Positions 45,650-60,672 are shown, counted from the first letter of the whole stretch. The stretch is DNA of 60,672 bases, filler included, from Dirinaria sp. TL-2023a (GCA_051941275.1; 6 parts of 6 records of this genome joined end to end with filler, not necessarily neighbours in it); one strand, 5' to 3'. The notes: generated from the letters alone by a model not told the origin. A program made the numbers and translations.

Positions 45650-47311
45650 CGTGTATTAGTTTTTTTAATTTTAGGGCTTGGAAGAGCTCGAGCGCTCGAT
45701 GGAATTGATGACGCAGTGTCCGTAGGGGATGTCGAAATATGCCACTAATTAAGCGAGGACTAGAGAATAAGGTCCCTTACTCTGTATAACTCAGAACTAC
45801 CCATTGGAAGAGGTGCACATGGATAATTATCGCTCATTTGATGTCTTTTCACACGTACCATGGCATTCAACCTATACGGAAGCACTCTTTTCTATTCTGA
45901 AAATTCCACTGATTGGTGCAGCCTGTAAAACCCTCAAGGTCTAAGCCACTACGTCAATTGGACAATACAAGCAAAATCTAGTCCAGGCCGCTTCCCATGC
46001 CGGCAAATCAGTGCCGTCTATCATATGAATGACATTTTTATGACCTTTTCCAACTCTGAAGCAGCTTTCCCATTAAACCTATTCCCGTCTACATATCATG
46101 GCTTTGCTCGTGATTGTCATCGGTAGATAGTATCAGCAATTCAAGTACAGGAAGTACGCCGCCGTATGTACTGGTAGGGCGCTGGCAGAGAGCAGCTCAT
46201 CATACATTGTCTCGATTTACTCGCCATCATATGCCTATATCACCTCATATTCGTTGTAAACGTCTAAAAGTGACTTCAGAAAAGCGGCTGTAGATGCAAT
46301 TCGAGGCTCCAAAATGCTTTATTCATACCAGTGGTGTCGATTGCGAAAGACTATGCTAGATGGCGCAACATCTGTAATATGAGTTGCAGCCAAGCATAGC
46401 CCTCTTGTGACTGAGAAGCTCTTCGAAGGAAATGGAATAGTAGTGAAAAAGAATGAAATTGTAGATGACTCGAAGTCGATACTACCATAAAGCTGAGGTC
46501 GTTAATACCGTCTAGGGAAGTTCGAGTCCCAAGCACTAGCTGCAAATATCAAAATGCAGGTGGGATTTCTTCCCTGCAGCTCGCCGAAACTTCAGATCGC
46601 GACGGGTACTACTTTGATATTAGCTAACCACGCCCGCATAGCTACACTTGAGGCATGGAAATAAACCGCTAAATCTGTGGTTATTAGCATACCGACCTGG
46701 TAAAGTATTTCAGGTTCGGGTGTTAGAGCAACACTGTGGAAGGTTAAACAATGGTTTTGAAATCTTAGGTCTCCCCGTATAAGACTGTCTGCTTTTCAAT
46801 TATCACAGTCATTGAGCTCTTCCCTCGATGGTTGGACATAGCAAATGGGCTCTATTCGATACAAGTCGACCAGGCTGTATCTGTACAGATGTGTAGATCG
46901 AATGAAGGGCTCTGGACTCCACGCGAGCGGAGAAATTGAAGGAAGAATTATATTACTTGAACCATGCAGCGTAAAGATTCAAGATCTATACCTGCTTTAG
47001 GCTGAAGCATTTTTTGAATGATTACAATACAGACTTAAGCAGTGGGTACGGAGTTCTGGCGTAGAAGTGAGGGAGTGTGATAGCGCTGCCCCGACATTCT
47101 ACCGAGAGGTTCTCGGCCCGGATTGCCGATATTGAAATGGAAGCAACAGAATTAAGGTAGGTTGCTATCTTGAGGTAGAGATGCTGGCTACTCATATAGC
47201 TGAGGTGGCCCTTTGACGGCTGCACGATCCTAATCCCAGGGACGTGATACAACAACCAGAAGCCTATGCCGAAGAAGCGAAGAGCAGGGGGGTGAGTGCT
47301 TCGAGTACAAA

Positions 47312-50286
47312 ATGGCTTCGCCAACAGCGGTCGAGGACCAGGCTAGACTGCTGGATGATGCGAAGATCATGGTCCGCCAGCAGACACAATTGATGCGCAA
47401 ATGTTTGGAGACGCCGGGCAAGCTCATGGACGCTCTTAAATGCAGGTACGCGCAAAAAAAACTAAACTCCTAGAGTGGTTCTGCGCTGACCAAAGCTTCC
47501 ACGAATAGCTCTACGTTAGTTTCTGAACTCAGAACGAGTAGCTTAGGTCCAAAACAATACTACGAGCTCTACATGGACGTGTTCGATGCTCTCAGGCATT
47601 TGTCGTTGTATCTGCGCGAGTCTCACCCTGTCAACCACCTTGCGGACCTCTATGAGTTGGTTCAATATGCCGGCAATATCGTTCCTCGCCTCTATTTGAT
47701 GATCACAGTAGGAACGGTGTACATGGCCATTGAGGATGCACCTGTTAAAGAGATAATGAAAGACATGATGGAGATGAGTAGAGGGGTCCAACATCCAATA
47801 CGAGGGCTTTTCTTGAGATATTACTTGTCCGGGCAAGCAAGAGATTGTTTACCACAAGGGGACGGAGATGGACCGGAAGGCAATCTGCAAGACTCCATCA
47901 GCTTTATACTGACAAATTTCGTCGAGATGAACAAGTTATGGGTCAGGTTGCAGCACCAGGGGCACTCGAGAGAAAGAGAGCAAAGGACGAAGGAGAGGCA
48001 AGAGCTCCAGTTGCTAGTTGGTACCAATCTGGTAAGACTCAGCCAGCTGGTGGACCTAGAAGCGTACAAAACCGTGATACTCCAACCCCTGCTGGAGCAA
48101 GTCGTACAGTGTAGGGATGTACTGGCGCAAGAATACTTACTAGAAGGTCTGGGCTGCGTTTCCACGTGTGCGCTTCCACGTTGCTGACAGGTGCAAAACA
48201 GTCATAACCCAAGTTTTTCCTGACGAGTTCCATCTGAATACTTTAGATCAGCTCCTCTCAGCTATAGCTCGACTGAATCCGCACGTCAACATTAAAGCCA
48301 TCGTCATTGGACTCATGGACAGGCTGTCATCATATGCGGTACGGGAATCGGAGTCTGAGCCGAAAGATGACAGGCAGAAGATCGAGACAGATGCCACCGC
48401 ACGGCTATTGGAGAAATTGAAGATCTCGAAAGCGTCAAAGGAGTCTAAAGGACCGAAAGAATCGGGCGCAAAGAATGATAATTCCACTGGTAAAGTACTG
48501 AATGGCGAGCAGGCCGATAGCAATAAGCCGGCAACACAATCCCCGGATGAGACGGAGAACCAGCAGCCGAAGGAGACGGATGCTGCTCCTAATGGCGATT
48601 CGGAGACAGTAACTCCGAAGAACAACAGAGGCATACCAGAAGATGTCAAACTTTACGAGATTTTCTATGGCCAGGTTACCAATCTTGTCAATGCGCAACG
48701 TCTACATATACATGATACCATGGCCTTGCTTGTTTCTCTTGCCAATCTAGCTCTGTACGTTCCATGAGTTGATTGTAATTAAGACCGTGCTAATATATCC
48801 ACCAGTAATATCTATCCAGAACGACTCGGTAGGGTAGCGGTAAATTTTCCATGGCGATTGAACTGATCAGATGCATAGAATATGTTGACCAGATACTTTC
48901 TTACGCGAATGAGAAAGTCTCACAATACGCAAACAGCGCCGACCTCCATTCTGCACCAACCCAATCTAATATACTCAGTCTGCTCCTCGCTCCGATCAAA
49001 GCGTACTTTTCTCTATTCACCGCGCTCGCTCTCCCAAGCTATGTCCCCTTGCTACACGCGCAACCATACCCAACTCGTCGTTCTGTCGCTGGCGAAGTGG
49101 CTCGGAACATTATACGGGATCAGACAGTCATTTCTACACCGGAGAACCTTGAAGGTGTGCTAGGTATCCTACGTGTTCTCATCCAGGAAGGCATGCAACA
49201 ATCGGGAGGCTATCCCGGTATTTCAAGCCAACGAAGGGGCGCGGAGACAGACGAGACAATGACAGAGCAAGGATGGCTTGCCAGGATAATACACTTGGTT
49301 CGCACTCCTGACAATGACACACTATTCAAGCTCCTCCAAATCTGCAAGAAGGCATTCGCAGAAGGCAACGATCGTATTAAATATACTACTCCTGCACTCC
49401 TTACTTCATCGCTTAGGCTAGCCCGAAAATACAAGAGCCGAGAACATTATGAGGACAACTGGCAGTCGCAATCATCAGCTCTGTACAAATTCATGCATAC
49501 TCTTATCTCAGCGCTTTATACCAGAGTAAACGGCACTGCTGATCTCTGTCTACGCCTGTTTATCTCGTGTGGTCAGGTTGCCGATCAGTCTGGCTTTGAG
49601 GAGGTCGCTTATGAATTCTTCGCTCAAGCGTTCACGATATATGAAGAGGCAGTCAGTGACTCAAGAGCACAATTCCAGGCAGTCTGTGTAATCGCTGCAG
49701 CTCTCCACGGCACGCGAGGATTCAGTAAAGAGAACTACGACACCCTTATCACGAAGTGCGCGTTGCATGGAAGCAAGCTACTCAAGAAGCCGGATCAATG
49801 TCGCGCGGTATATCTCGCTAGTCATCTATGGTGGGCTGTCGAGATACCGGCAAAGGGCGAGGACGATTCGAAAAATGTACGTAGCCTATCATCTACTAAT
49901 CAGGGCGTCCACTAACAGACTGCCAGCTTTACCGAGATGGTAAACGTGTGCTCGAGTGCTTGCAGCGCGCTCTCCGGGTCGCCGATGCATGTATGGATAC
50001 CGCTGTTTCCGTGGAGCTGTTTGTGGAAATACTGAACCGATACGTTTATTATTTCGATCAGCAGAATGAGACGGTAAGTTTTGCGTCTAGAACCCCGTAC
50101 ACGCAACCTGCTGAACTTTTGAAGGTCACGACGAAATATTTGAATGGGCTGATCGAGCTCATCCATTCGAATCTGCAAACAAATCAGGAGAGCTCGTCGC
50201 TGGAAAATCCGAAGCGGCATTTCCAGCGAACGCTTGATTATATATCGTCGAGGGAGTATGAAGGCGTTGTAACACAAGCCAAGTAA
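47312..50286 (+). CDS. VPS35: Retromer subunit Vps35
   Basis: [83 protein letters not shown]; multi-exon. Confidence 0.97.
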
Positions 50287-50564
50287 CTGCTCATGGTGGC
50301 AGCGCGCCAGGCGCATATTCTTTTGAATGTACAAAGTTGATTTTTTGAAACCGATGAGATAGCTTTTACTTCTTAGCGATCAGCTCCTAAGGGGGTATAT
50401 TATCTATCATTGGGCCAATCATACGTCGTCAGCAAATCGAAAAACCGTACCACGCTCACACGATCATGACAAACCCCTACTCCTTCCTCTCCCAACCACG
50501 CCTCTCCCAATCCCACTCGCGCTTCTCCCAGCCGTTGCACCGCCTCTGCCCGCCCCTCTGACCC

Positions 50565-50664
50565 NNNNNNNNNNNNNNNNNNNNNNNNNNNNNNNNNNNN
50601 NNNNNNNNTTAATTAATTAANNNNNNNNNNNNNNNNNNNNNNNNNNNNNNNNNNNNNNNNNNNN
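50565..50664. other. Artificial contig-joining spacer
   Basis: N44-TTAATTAATTAA-N44. Confidence 0.98.
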
Positions 50665-50755
50665 GGTCTAGGGGGGGAATCCGAGTGGTGCGCTGGATGT
50701 AGCGAATTGGAACAGATGCATATTGATTTGATCGAGGTTTTACAAAAAATTTCCG

Positions 50756-50759
<4 letters not shown>

Positions 50760-50795
<36 letters not shown>
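50760..50795. repeat. (TC)n microsatellite, ~17 units
   Basis: Read directly from the sequence. Confidence 0.95.
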
Positions 50796-50799
<4 letters not shown>

Positions 50800-51153
50800 G
50801 GATTGAAATTGTATTTGATTTGATTTGATTTTGCTGGGGAGATGCTGCAATGTCTATGTTAAAATCAACAATAAATACCAGACCGACGAGGGAGGTTTTC
50901 TTTTTCCCCTTCGGTCGCCTGGTATTCGCATGCATGCCCTTCTTCTAAAAGAACCAAAAAAATCTCTAAGACCGCCCGACCAACCCACCAATCAGTAACA
51001 TGTAATCTAGCCGGGGAAAAAAAGGGGGGGAAAGTACATGTAGAGTAGTACCCAGCGCCCTGAATAAAAGCACCTGAACTATAAGGTAGGTACCGATCAA
51101 TCCGTCCCATTTCTCCCCATGTATCTTACGAAATGGATCAGGAAAAAAAAATA

Positions 51154-52799
51154 TCATCCGCTGAACTCCTTGACTGCTCCCTTCTCCTTTCCCGGCACTA
51201 ATGCCAAGGGCACGATACCGCTGACGTGCATATCGGGGCCGTACACGTGCATGTTGAGCTTCAGCTCTTCGCCGACGGCTTTGATGTTCTTCAGGCCTTC
51301 CTGGTAATTGGGCCCGGCGCGACGGACCCAGATCTGGACCTTGTGCTCGATCAAGGTCGGCGCGAACTCCCGCAGGGCACGGATGACACCTTTGAATGTG
51401 GACGCAACCTATTTCTCCTGTTAGCCCCGTGTTCTGCGGGATTTCCGGATAGAACGACTGAATGAATCGGATACGTACATTGGTGAAGTTGGCAATACCT
51501 CCGCCGATGAACAGGACTTTGCCGTCAGGGTGCGTTGGAGCACGCAGCATGAGATCCAGCACCGTACGAGCGTAGTAGTATGTTTGTGTTTCCGTCGGTG
51601 CACCGGAGTATTCTCCGTAATTGGCAAGTTCGTCGGCAAAGCCAGCAGAAGCAATAGCATCGGCGTAAACGACGGACGCACCGCCACCAGCAACAAGTGT
51701 CCATACACGGCCTTTGGCGTTCAAGACGGTGAGCTTTAAAGATGCGCCGGTTTTCGCGTCTAATTCAGCGATGTACTGCTCTTCTTTGCTCATTTCCCGT
51801 CCGAAAGGTGCCGGGAATTCCATAGGTGGTCCTGCATCAATGCTGACCTTGGACTCGGTCTTCGCTCCGGGGATTCCGAGGGCAGCAGGGCTACGAGCCA
51901 CGGCCCATTTGACGCCACATTCGAACTCAGCGGTTTGGTCAAGCTTGGCAGCCAAATCCAGGAAATGAACCTCAGCCGAAGTGCCAACGGAGTTTGGAAT
52001 GACGACAAGAGGGTTGATTTCCAGATATGTAAATTGGCAGTCGACGTAAACCGCATATAGTCGAGTGATAAAGTCCACCAAAACGTTGTGGACGCCCTTG
52101 GGTACTTTCTTTAGCAGTGTTGATGCGAGCTCTTCGTTCGAAGGGTATTCGGAGAGATCGACGGGAATGAGGATCTTCTCGGCTTTGGCATCAACATCGC
52201 CCACATCGACACCTCCTTCGTGGGTAAAGAGAATCCAGTCACCCTGTGGAGGAATTAGCCATGCCCCGGAACTCCTCTGCAGCTCAACAATGCTGCCCCG
52301 CAGCGGCTCCAGTGCGCATGCATTCTTGGCAGGGTTCTTGTGAGTTGTTCCTACTTACATCTCGGACAGAATTAATGTTGATGTAGTATTCTGTATCTTG
52401 AGGATGCGGGACAAATGGCTCGACGAGAAATTGTCTGAGCACACCCGAGACGGTTTCGACCTGTTGCTGTTTTCCAGCTCGGGCCTCGATCCATGCTCTT
52501 GATTCGGCCCACGTTTTATTCAGAGCAAGCAAGCCGCTCTTGCCGCGACGCTTGATCAATTGGTCGGGCTTTGCGACGAATTTGGCGTCTGGCGCAAGAA
52601 GCCATGGATAGGTCGACTCCGCTTGATCCAAGACCGAGGCAGGGGAAGCATCTTCGGGAAAATAGAGAGAGGCGAGCTTTGAAGGAGGGTTGTGCATGGA
52701 TGTAGCGGGCAACGGCGACGGTTTAATAACAGGAGCTCTGGTCAGGTGATAATTGAGGATGGCCTTGCCATCAGCCTCGAGGATTGATTTGGCGGCCAT
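51154..52799 (-). CDS. ACL2: ATP-citrate lyase, small subunit (homologous to the N-terminal half of animal ACLY)
   Basis: [83 protein letters not shown]; two introns. Confidence 0.97.
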
Positions 52800-53978
52800 T
52801 GCGGTGTGAGGATATGAAGTTTCGGAGCGTTAGCAAGCAGGTATGATGCTAGATTGTGTGTTAGTTAACAAAGAGGTGTACCAGTTGAATTCGTCCATCG
52901 ATCCAGTACCTACCTACCAGTTGAGTCCACTCGCAAGTTCGACCAGACCGACCAGAGGAAAATACTGCGCTGCTGTGAGGAGGATTAGAAGGAGTCGAAA
53001 GAAAAGTTGTGCGAGTACATACGGTAAGTGTTGAGTTAGTGAGCTCGGCCAGTTTGTCTTACTCAGGCGTGTCAATCAGTGTGGGTTGCCTTAGCTTTCC
53101 TTGGCTCCCTGCGAACTCTGAACCCTTCGAACCTTCCCACTCCGTTGAATTGGTTCAGGTTCGGTGCTCGGGCGCCCAGAGAATACTTTGACACGCTAAC
53201 CGTAGATCCCGGCCGAATTACCCCGGTCCCGAGGGATCACCGCTGACAGTTTACTCGGATTCCGAACTTGGCACAAGGTAAGGTAATTGATGGACGGTAC
53301 GATGTGGAGATTATGGACTGAGATCATGACATTGGGACAAGATTGAATCAACTAAACACGCGCGCTCTACTTATCCTCTTGACAAATTACAACTGTACGT
53401 GGTCCTAGTAATTCTGCATTCGAGCCTGGAATAAGTAATAATGATGATGAGGACGACCGAGTAATGCGCCGGGCCGACCGAACTCCATCCGGCTAGTTTA
53501 GCGCTTAGTGTTCCCCAGCTTACAGCTTACTACTGCTCAACATAATTTAATGTAAGCTGCGTGCAAAGTGCAAAGTGCAAGAGCAATCAAAGGAACCCCC
53601 CCCCAGTTACAAGAAATTCCCTTTCTCCATCAGAGAGGTCTGTGAACTCGTCCTTCTTTGAACAACCCCGCTGCTGCACGACACTTTCCTTTCCATACCT
53701 CCTCCGTTTTCCCCCCCACCAACTGATACACATTTCTCGTTCAAGGCGGGCTGAAAAATTCGCTATCCCGAGTCTAAGCCACCTATACTCCCCGTACCCA
53801 ATCGAACCGCTCCCCAACCGGAGCTGCAGGTCTCGGTAAGCTTTCCAGAGAATCTCTCCGGACAAGCTATCTAGTACACCTTTGCCGTACGTGAGTGCTC
53901 CGTATTCACCTCTCTTGTTCCTGTTCCTGTTCCGACCAGCAGCTCATCCCTTTCCTCGTCCGCCCCTTGCTGACCATC

Positions 53979-56235
53979 ATGCCTTCAGCGGAACCACTCA
54001 CAAACGGCCATACCAGCGCCTTGACTAACGGCGAGAAGATGGCGTCTACACAAGTCCCAGTGAATGCCAATGCGGTCAGCGGTGCCCCTAACGGCGTCAA
54101 TGGTACGAAGGCCTCCACTGCCAATGACAGAATACAACGCTTCTCAGCTCCAAGCCGATCCCTGAGCCCACGCCCTGAACATACCCTTTTCCATAATAAA
54201 ACACGATGCTTTGTCTAGTAAGGCTCCAGTCGCCGACGATTTGGAAATGGGGGAGACTAATAGCTTGATTGAAGTGGACTGCAACCTCGCGCTGTCCAGG
54301 GTATGCTGGACTTCGACTTTATCTGCAAGCGCAAGACTCCGTCAGTGGCCGGCATTATCTACACTTTCGGGGGCCAGTTCGTGAGCAAAATGTACGAAGA
54401 ATAATCTTATGGTTAGGCCAAGAAGCTGACTTCCTTTCTACCAGGTATTGGGGAACCAGCGAGACCCTATTGCCGGTATACCAGGATGTCCAGAAAGCCA
54501 TGGACAAGCATGACGACGTTGACACAGTCGTCAACTTCGCCTCTTCTCGTAGCGTTTACAGCTCGACCATGGAACTCATGAACTATCCGCAAATCAAATC
54601 CATTGCAATTATCGCCGAAGGTGTCCCTGAAAGACGAGCTCGCGAGATCCTGCATGTCGCAAGTCAGCGAAACATTACAATCATTGGGCCCGCCACTGTT
54701 GGAGGTATCAAGCCTGGGTCCTTCAAGATCGGTAATACCGGAGGAATGATGGACAATATTGTGGCTTCGAAGCTCTACCGTAAGGGATCTGTCGGTTACG
54801 TGTCGAAGTCAGGCGGTATGTCAAATGAACTCAATAACATTATCTCCAATACGACGGATGGTGTCTATGAAGGCGTAGCTATTGGCGGAGACCGCTATCC
54901 CGGCACAACCTTCATTGATCACATTTTGCGGTATCAGGCGGACCCAGAGTGCAAACTGCTGTTACTGCTTGGTGAGGTTGGTGGCGTAGAAGAATACCGC
55001 GTCATTGAGGCTGTCAAGAATGGTACCGTCACCAAACCTATAGTGGCATGGGCAATTGGGACATGTGCCAGCATGTTCAAGACAGAGGTCCAATTCGGCC
55101 ACGCTGGTTCTTTTGCGAACTCTCAACTTGAGACGGCTGCGATGAAGAACAAGAAGATGAGAGAGGCGGGCATTTATGTGCCCGACACTTTCGAAGACAT
55201 GCCCAGTCTGCTCGAGAAGGTCTACAAAGGCCTCGTCGAGAAGGGCACCATTAAACCTCAGCCAGAGCCCGTTCCGCCCAAAATTCCGATTGACTACTCT
55301 TGGGCACAAGAGCTTGGCCTCATTCGAAAGCCCGCAGCGTTCATCTCCACCATCTCCGATGACCGTGGCCAAGAGCTGTTGTATGCTGGTATGCCGATCT
55401 CGGATGTTTTTAAAGAGGAGATTGGCATTGGTGGTGTTATGTCTTTACTCTGGTTCCGACGGCGACTTCCGGATTATGCTAGCCGCTTCCTAGAGATGGT
55501 CCTCATGTTGACTGCTGACCATGGTCCTGCCGTGTCAGGTGCAATGAATACGATCATTACGACCCGAGCAGGAAAGGATTTGATCAGCGCTCTGGTGTCT
55601 GGTCTGCTCACTATTGGCTCAAGATTCGGTGGTGCTCTGGACGGTGCTGCGGAAGAGTTCACCAAAGCTTTCGATAAGGGTCTTAGCCCTCGCAATTTCG
55701 TTGATGGCATGAGGAAAGAGAACAAATTAAGTAAGCTATATTGTATATCATGCTCGAATTTTACACACAAACTGATTCTGTCCTAGTTCCCGGTATTGGC
55801 CATAGGGTCAAATCCCGGAACAACCCCGACCTCCGGGTTGAGCTAGTCAAAGAATTCGTTCACAAGCGCTTCCCGAGCACCAAGATGCTGGATTATGCCA
55901 TTGCGGTTGAGACTGTTACAACATCTAAGAAGGACAACCTTATCCTCAACGTTGATGGCTGTGTTGCAGTCTGCTTCGTCGACCTGATGCGGAGCTGCGG
56001 AGCCTTCAGCCCGGAGGAGGCGGAGGACTACATGAACATGGGTGTCCTCAATGGCTTGTTCGTTCTCGGAAGAAGCATTGGTTTGATTGCACACTACCTT
56101 GACCAGAAGCGCCTGAGGACCGGTCTCTATAGGCATCCATGGGACGACATCACATACCTGTTGCCCAGCCTCGCGCAAGCAGGCGCTGCAGGCGCTCCAG
56201 GCAATGAGGGTAGAGTCGAGGTCAGTGTAGGCTAA
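53979..56235 (+). CDS. ACL1: ATP-citrate lyase, large subunit (homologous to the C-terminal half of animal ACLY)
   Basis: [46 protein letters not shown] (phospho-His), [29 protein letters not shown]; three introns. Divergent from ACL2, as is usual in filamentous ascomycetes. Confidence 0.97.
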
Positions 56236-56926
56236 GATGTTGAATCGTGACAGGATCCGGTTGCGTGGCGTTGGTTGGACCCTTTCATTCTGGAAGGCCT
56301 TACAGCGGTTCAAAGGACTGATCGCTTCGCACATTGTCTATCAATGGCAGAGGCCTTTAGGTAGGCTGGGAAGAGAGCATAGAGGTCATTTTGACAACTG
56401 CGTGTTCGCAATAGCATAGATTTTGATATTTTGGTAGAGCACTAAAACCCCAAATTCAACAAAAGTGCTGAAGATGCCTCTTAACAAAGTACCCTACTAA
56501 AGTGTTACCATAGTCAATTACAATAATAAGCATGATACATGGTATGAAGGCAAGGCATCTTGGGACGAACACTTGTGTTACTTATTGGGGTAGAATGCTT
56601 GTGTATAGCTCATGGCGCTAAGGAAAAATAACATACCAAACATGAGGTGCTACCTTACTATTGGTATGTAGCTCATGTTAAAGGTACCTTGAAGTGATGC
56701 GGACTCGCATGGCAACAACAATTGTTTATGAAGCTTTCTATATGATCTCAACAGACGTGACGCATTCATACTCAGCTCTTGCCCTTTCAAGAAAAGAAAG
56801 ACCTACGAATACTTAATTAGGTGCCTTCTCAAAGCACGCGACTACCTTTCATAATACTTCGTCAATCCTCACATCTCAAGGCTGTTTGCACGGACCTTAC
56901 ACACCACACGCAAGACCATTTCCAAC

Positions 56927-58197
<1,271 letters not shown>

Positions 58198-58689
58198 ACG
58201 AATAGACTTTGGCTGCTTGCGGCCAAATGCATAGAGAGAAGCATGATTTCTAGCATATCCAATGGTCTGCTCCGTTTCCGTTGCTACTCAGCGGTTGGTA
58301 GACGTAGCAAGTGAGTGGCGTCAACATCAGCTCAAAAATTCGTAGATGATTCTAGCTTTAGACGATTGTCTAGAATGTTTCATTTCCCGTCTGAGTCGCA
58401 TTGAAAGCGTGTGGGCGCCTCTAAGCCGATTCCTCTGGCGGTCTTTTGTATCAAAAATTGCCCAAAGGTGCACTGGGTTATTAGCCATTCAAGCGAGGCC
58501 AGTACCTGACTTGCTCATTAGCGAGTTGCAATCATTTTGCTTCCTCGATCGTGATACTGATACAGCTTTCACAATCTGTCTGCTTCATAATCGCTCTCCA
58601 ATAGTGGACTACCCAAGGGTAGTTCATCGCTATTTTGTTCATCCGGTTGACTGAATTTGGCTCCTGTTCTGCTTGACATTCTCTTTGAA

Positions 58690-60619
58690 ATGAGCACCCT
58701 GCCGGAGCATAAGATAGTATGTACGATGCTGTCTCTACCAAGGGCCTAGAGGTAGCTCTGTGCGTGCGACTACTCAATTACCTTGTATCCTAACTTGCTC
58801 ATCAGACTGGACAAATGTCCCAGGGATGTCTATAGTTCACTCCTTGCCTAAAAAGCTTCGATTCGCCCATGCAGGCGCCGGTCAGGGAGAAATCGATTTT
58901 GACGGGCTCATCCGCGTGATTACGAAAGAACCATTCAGGCTGACATCTCGTACTTATAAGCAATTGAGAAGTGCTGGGCCACCTACTAGTACAGACGCTA
59001 CTCACAGCGCTCCTAGCAAGACGAGGGAGAGCCTGGAGTCGCCCTCACTGATCCTTCCACTGAACGTCTTGGAAATACAAAGTGAGCCCAATGGAGGCTT
59101 GCTATTTGACAAGCATCATGAAGATCAACCAGTCCCACCGGAAATAGCCAAAGCGGGGAATCGTCGTATAAGCCGGTCGCCTAAGGCCATAAAAACGTAT
59201 CTAATGCGGACTAAAACGGCACATGAACAAAATCTATCTACAAGCAATGCCAAAGCCCATCAACAGGGAACATCAAAGACACATAATGATGGATCTCCGT
59301 CCTGTATCGACGAAGCCGAGCATTTATCATCTACCCCACCACCGCAGGACGTTGAGACAAAAAGGCCTCTCACAAATCAAGGAAAAGCCATGAAACATTT
59401 TTTTTGACAATGGTGATCTCCGGGCCATTAAAAAGGCAAGGTCGAGGAAGAGGCGGCGCAAAGTACCTAGCCTCGTTAAAGACCTAGCTTTAGTAAGAAG
59501 CGTTGAGATATCCCCTACATATCCTGTAGTGAGTGATCATGCACGGGATCGTTATATAAATATAGCTAAACAGCATCATCAGAAGAGCGCAGCAGATGTG
59601 AGGACGAACACTGCCAACACCGGAAAGGTACGCGCTCCTGGATCGACAAAGGAAACCAATCTTTCGAGAAAGACAGGGAACGGGACGAAGAAGACACAAA
59701 ACAAGCCACGGCAACGCCTCGAACCTTCTTCCATTTCTGATGACATTTGCGTCAAGGACTTTAAATTTCCGACGATTCCTACTACACCAAAGTCTAAATG
59801 TTCGACCGAATGGACACCTGGCAGTGGGTTCCAGGGCATGTCTCTCGAACCACAAGGCCGTGTACCTTTTACGAAGCAACAGCCGAGACGGAGAGCCCAA
59901 TCCAAGGCTCATCCTCCAGAAAGCGGACTTAATCTTACCAAACACACCTCACCGACAGAAAACGACGTAGCTCCTCGCTCCATGAACCAACCTGTTCCAA
60001 TAGGACATCCTCATGTGGCGGAGAATACCTATCCGCAGCCGCAAAAAGCAACCACTTCTCCTCCTCCTCCTCCTCCTCGTCCGCCTATAGACTCCGCATC
60101 CTCGGAAAGAAACGGAGCCGATACCCAGGCAAGACAATCACCAACAGCAACAAAACCTGCCACAGCACAGAGTACACGAGATCCAGCATCTGCAGTACCC
60201 GAAATCCATCATCAACAAGACCGAGGAGAAAACCAAACACGCTCTCCTTCCACAACATCAAACGGACCACCCTCCCTCGAGTTGGACAATCACACATGGG
60301 CACCATCCCATCCTCAACACCCGAACCGCATCAGAGAAAATCCACCACAACAACAACAACCGCACCCAAAACCCATATCCCTTCCTCACCAAAACCCCTC
60401 AAACCACATCCCCAACTCCCTTACCTCTACGCCGCATACGCGCATCCCCGCTCCTCGCCACTCTCGCAAGCACATTCTCCATCCCCGACAGAGCACGAAG
60501 AAGAAATGTGCATCTCAGAACCGGTCCTGCAACCCGCAGCGCCTCTCAAGAGAGGCATGATGACTCCCACGGATCCACAGGGTTCGGCTGCAGATTGTGG
60601 ATTCGCGGGTTCAGAATAG
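58690..60619 (+). CDS. Hypothetical, largely low-complexity protein, apparently broken by one or two frameshifts
   Basis: ATG 58690 with intron 58721-58805 gives MSTLPEHKIVYWTNVPGMSIVHSLPKKLRF. Removing one T from the T8 run at 59398-59405 fuses ORFs 58760-59407 and 59529-60560; the end (60560 or 60619) is uncertain. Confidence 0.55.
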
Positions 60620-60672
60620 AAGAGGATAATAATGAAGGTGTTTGGGGGGGGGGGGTCATACATATATATATC

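Noticed and set aside
46510..46540. GTTCGAGTCCC as a tRNA T-loop
   Set aside because: The flanks do not form a T-stem or cloverleaf.
10050..50664. Regularly spaced TTAATTAATTAA palindromes every ~10 kb as a biological repeat or array
   Set aside because: Always embedded in N44 runs; it is a six-frame-stop assembly linker.
53836..53988. Intron removing the ACL1 ATG at 53979 (CTGAC...CAG) so that translation starts at 54039
   Set aside because: The MPSA start resembles fungal Acl1 N-termini as I recall them, so 53979 was kept; it cannot be settled without cDNA.

Overview
This is eukaryotic DNA from a filamentous ascomycete (Pezizomycotina-type genes with short spliceosomal introns), and it is not one locus. 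Six ~10 kb contigs (10049, 10039, 10038, 10027, 10011 and 10008 nt, in descending size) are joined by an artificial 100-nt spacer N44-TTAATTAATTAA-N44, so neighbourhoods across spacers mean nothing. Contig 1 holds one intact unknown nuclear-type protein with a PARP-zinc-finger-like Cys/His pattern, followed by decayed sequence: a possible NLR relic, a decayed gene with six TGA stops and a Ty3/Gypsy RT relic. Contig 2 holds a laccase head-to-head with an alpha/beta-hydrolase-NB-ARC-TPR NLR that has a frame break, plus a 482-bp foldback/MITE-like element. Contig 3 holds RCL1, BNA1 (with a GC-AG intron) and a PWWP protein. Contig 4 holds a FYVE protein, an ECM4-type GST, a long-chain fatty alcohol oxidase and an aquaporin. 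Contig 5 holds an unknown single-pass membrane protein, a YSA1-type Nudix hydrolase and VPS35. Contig 6 holds divergent ACL2/ACL1, the PP2A catalytic subunit and a frameshifted hypothetical gene. The most intriguing leads are (i) a mutation footprint in decayed DNA that removes CC/GG but spares CpG and CpA, suggesting a non-canonical CpC-directed RIP-like process; (ii) the zinc-finger-like unknown protein; (iii) the NLR frame break with a possible rescuing cryptic intron; and (iv) two adjacent PTS1-bearing genes sharing a CAGCCTCGG promoter motif. All calls come from reading motifs by eye; no database search was run, and intron coordinates and counts were derived by hand.
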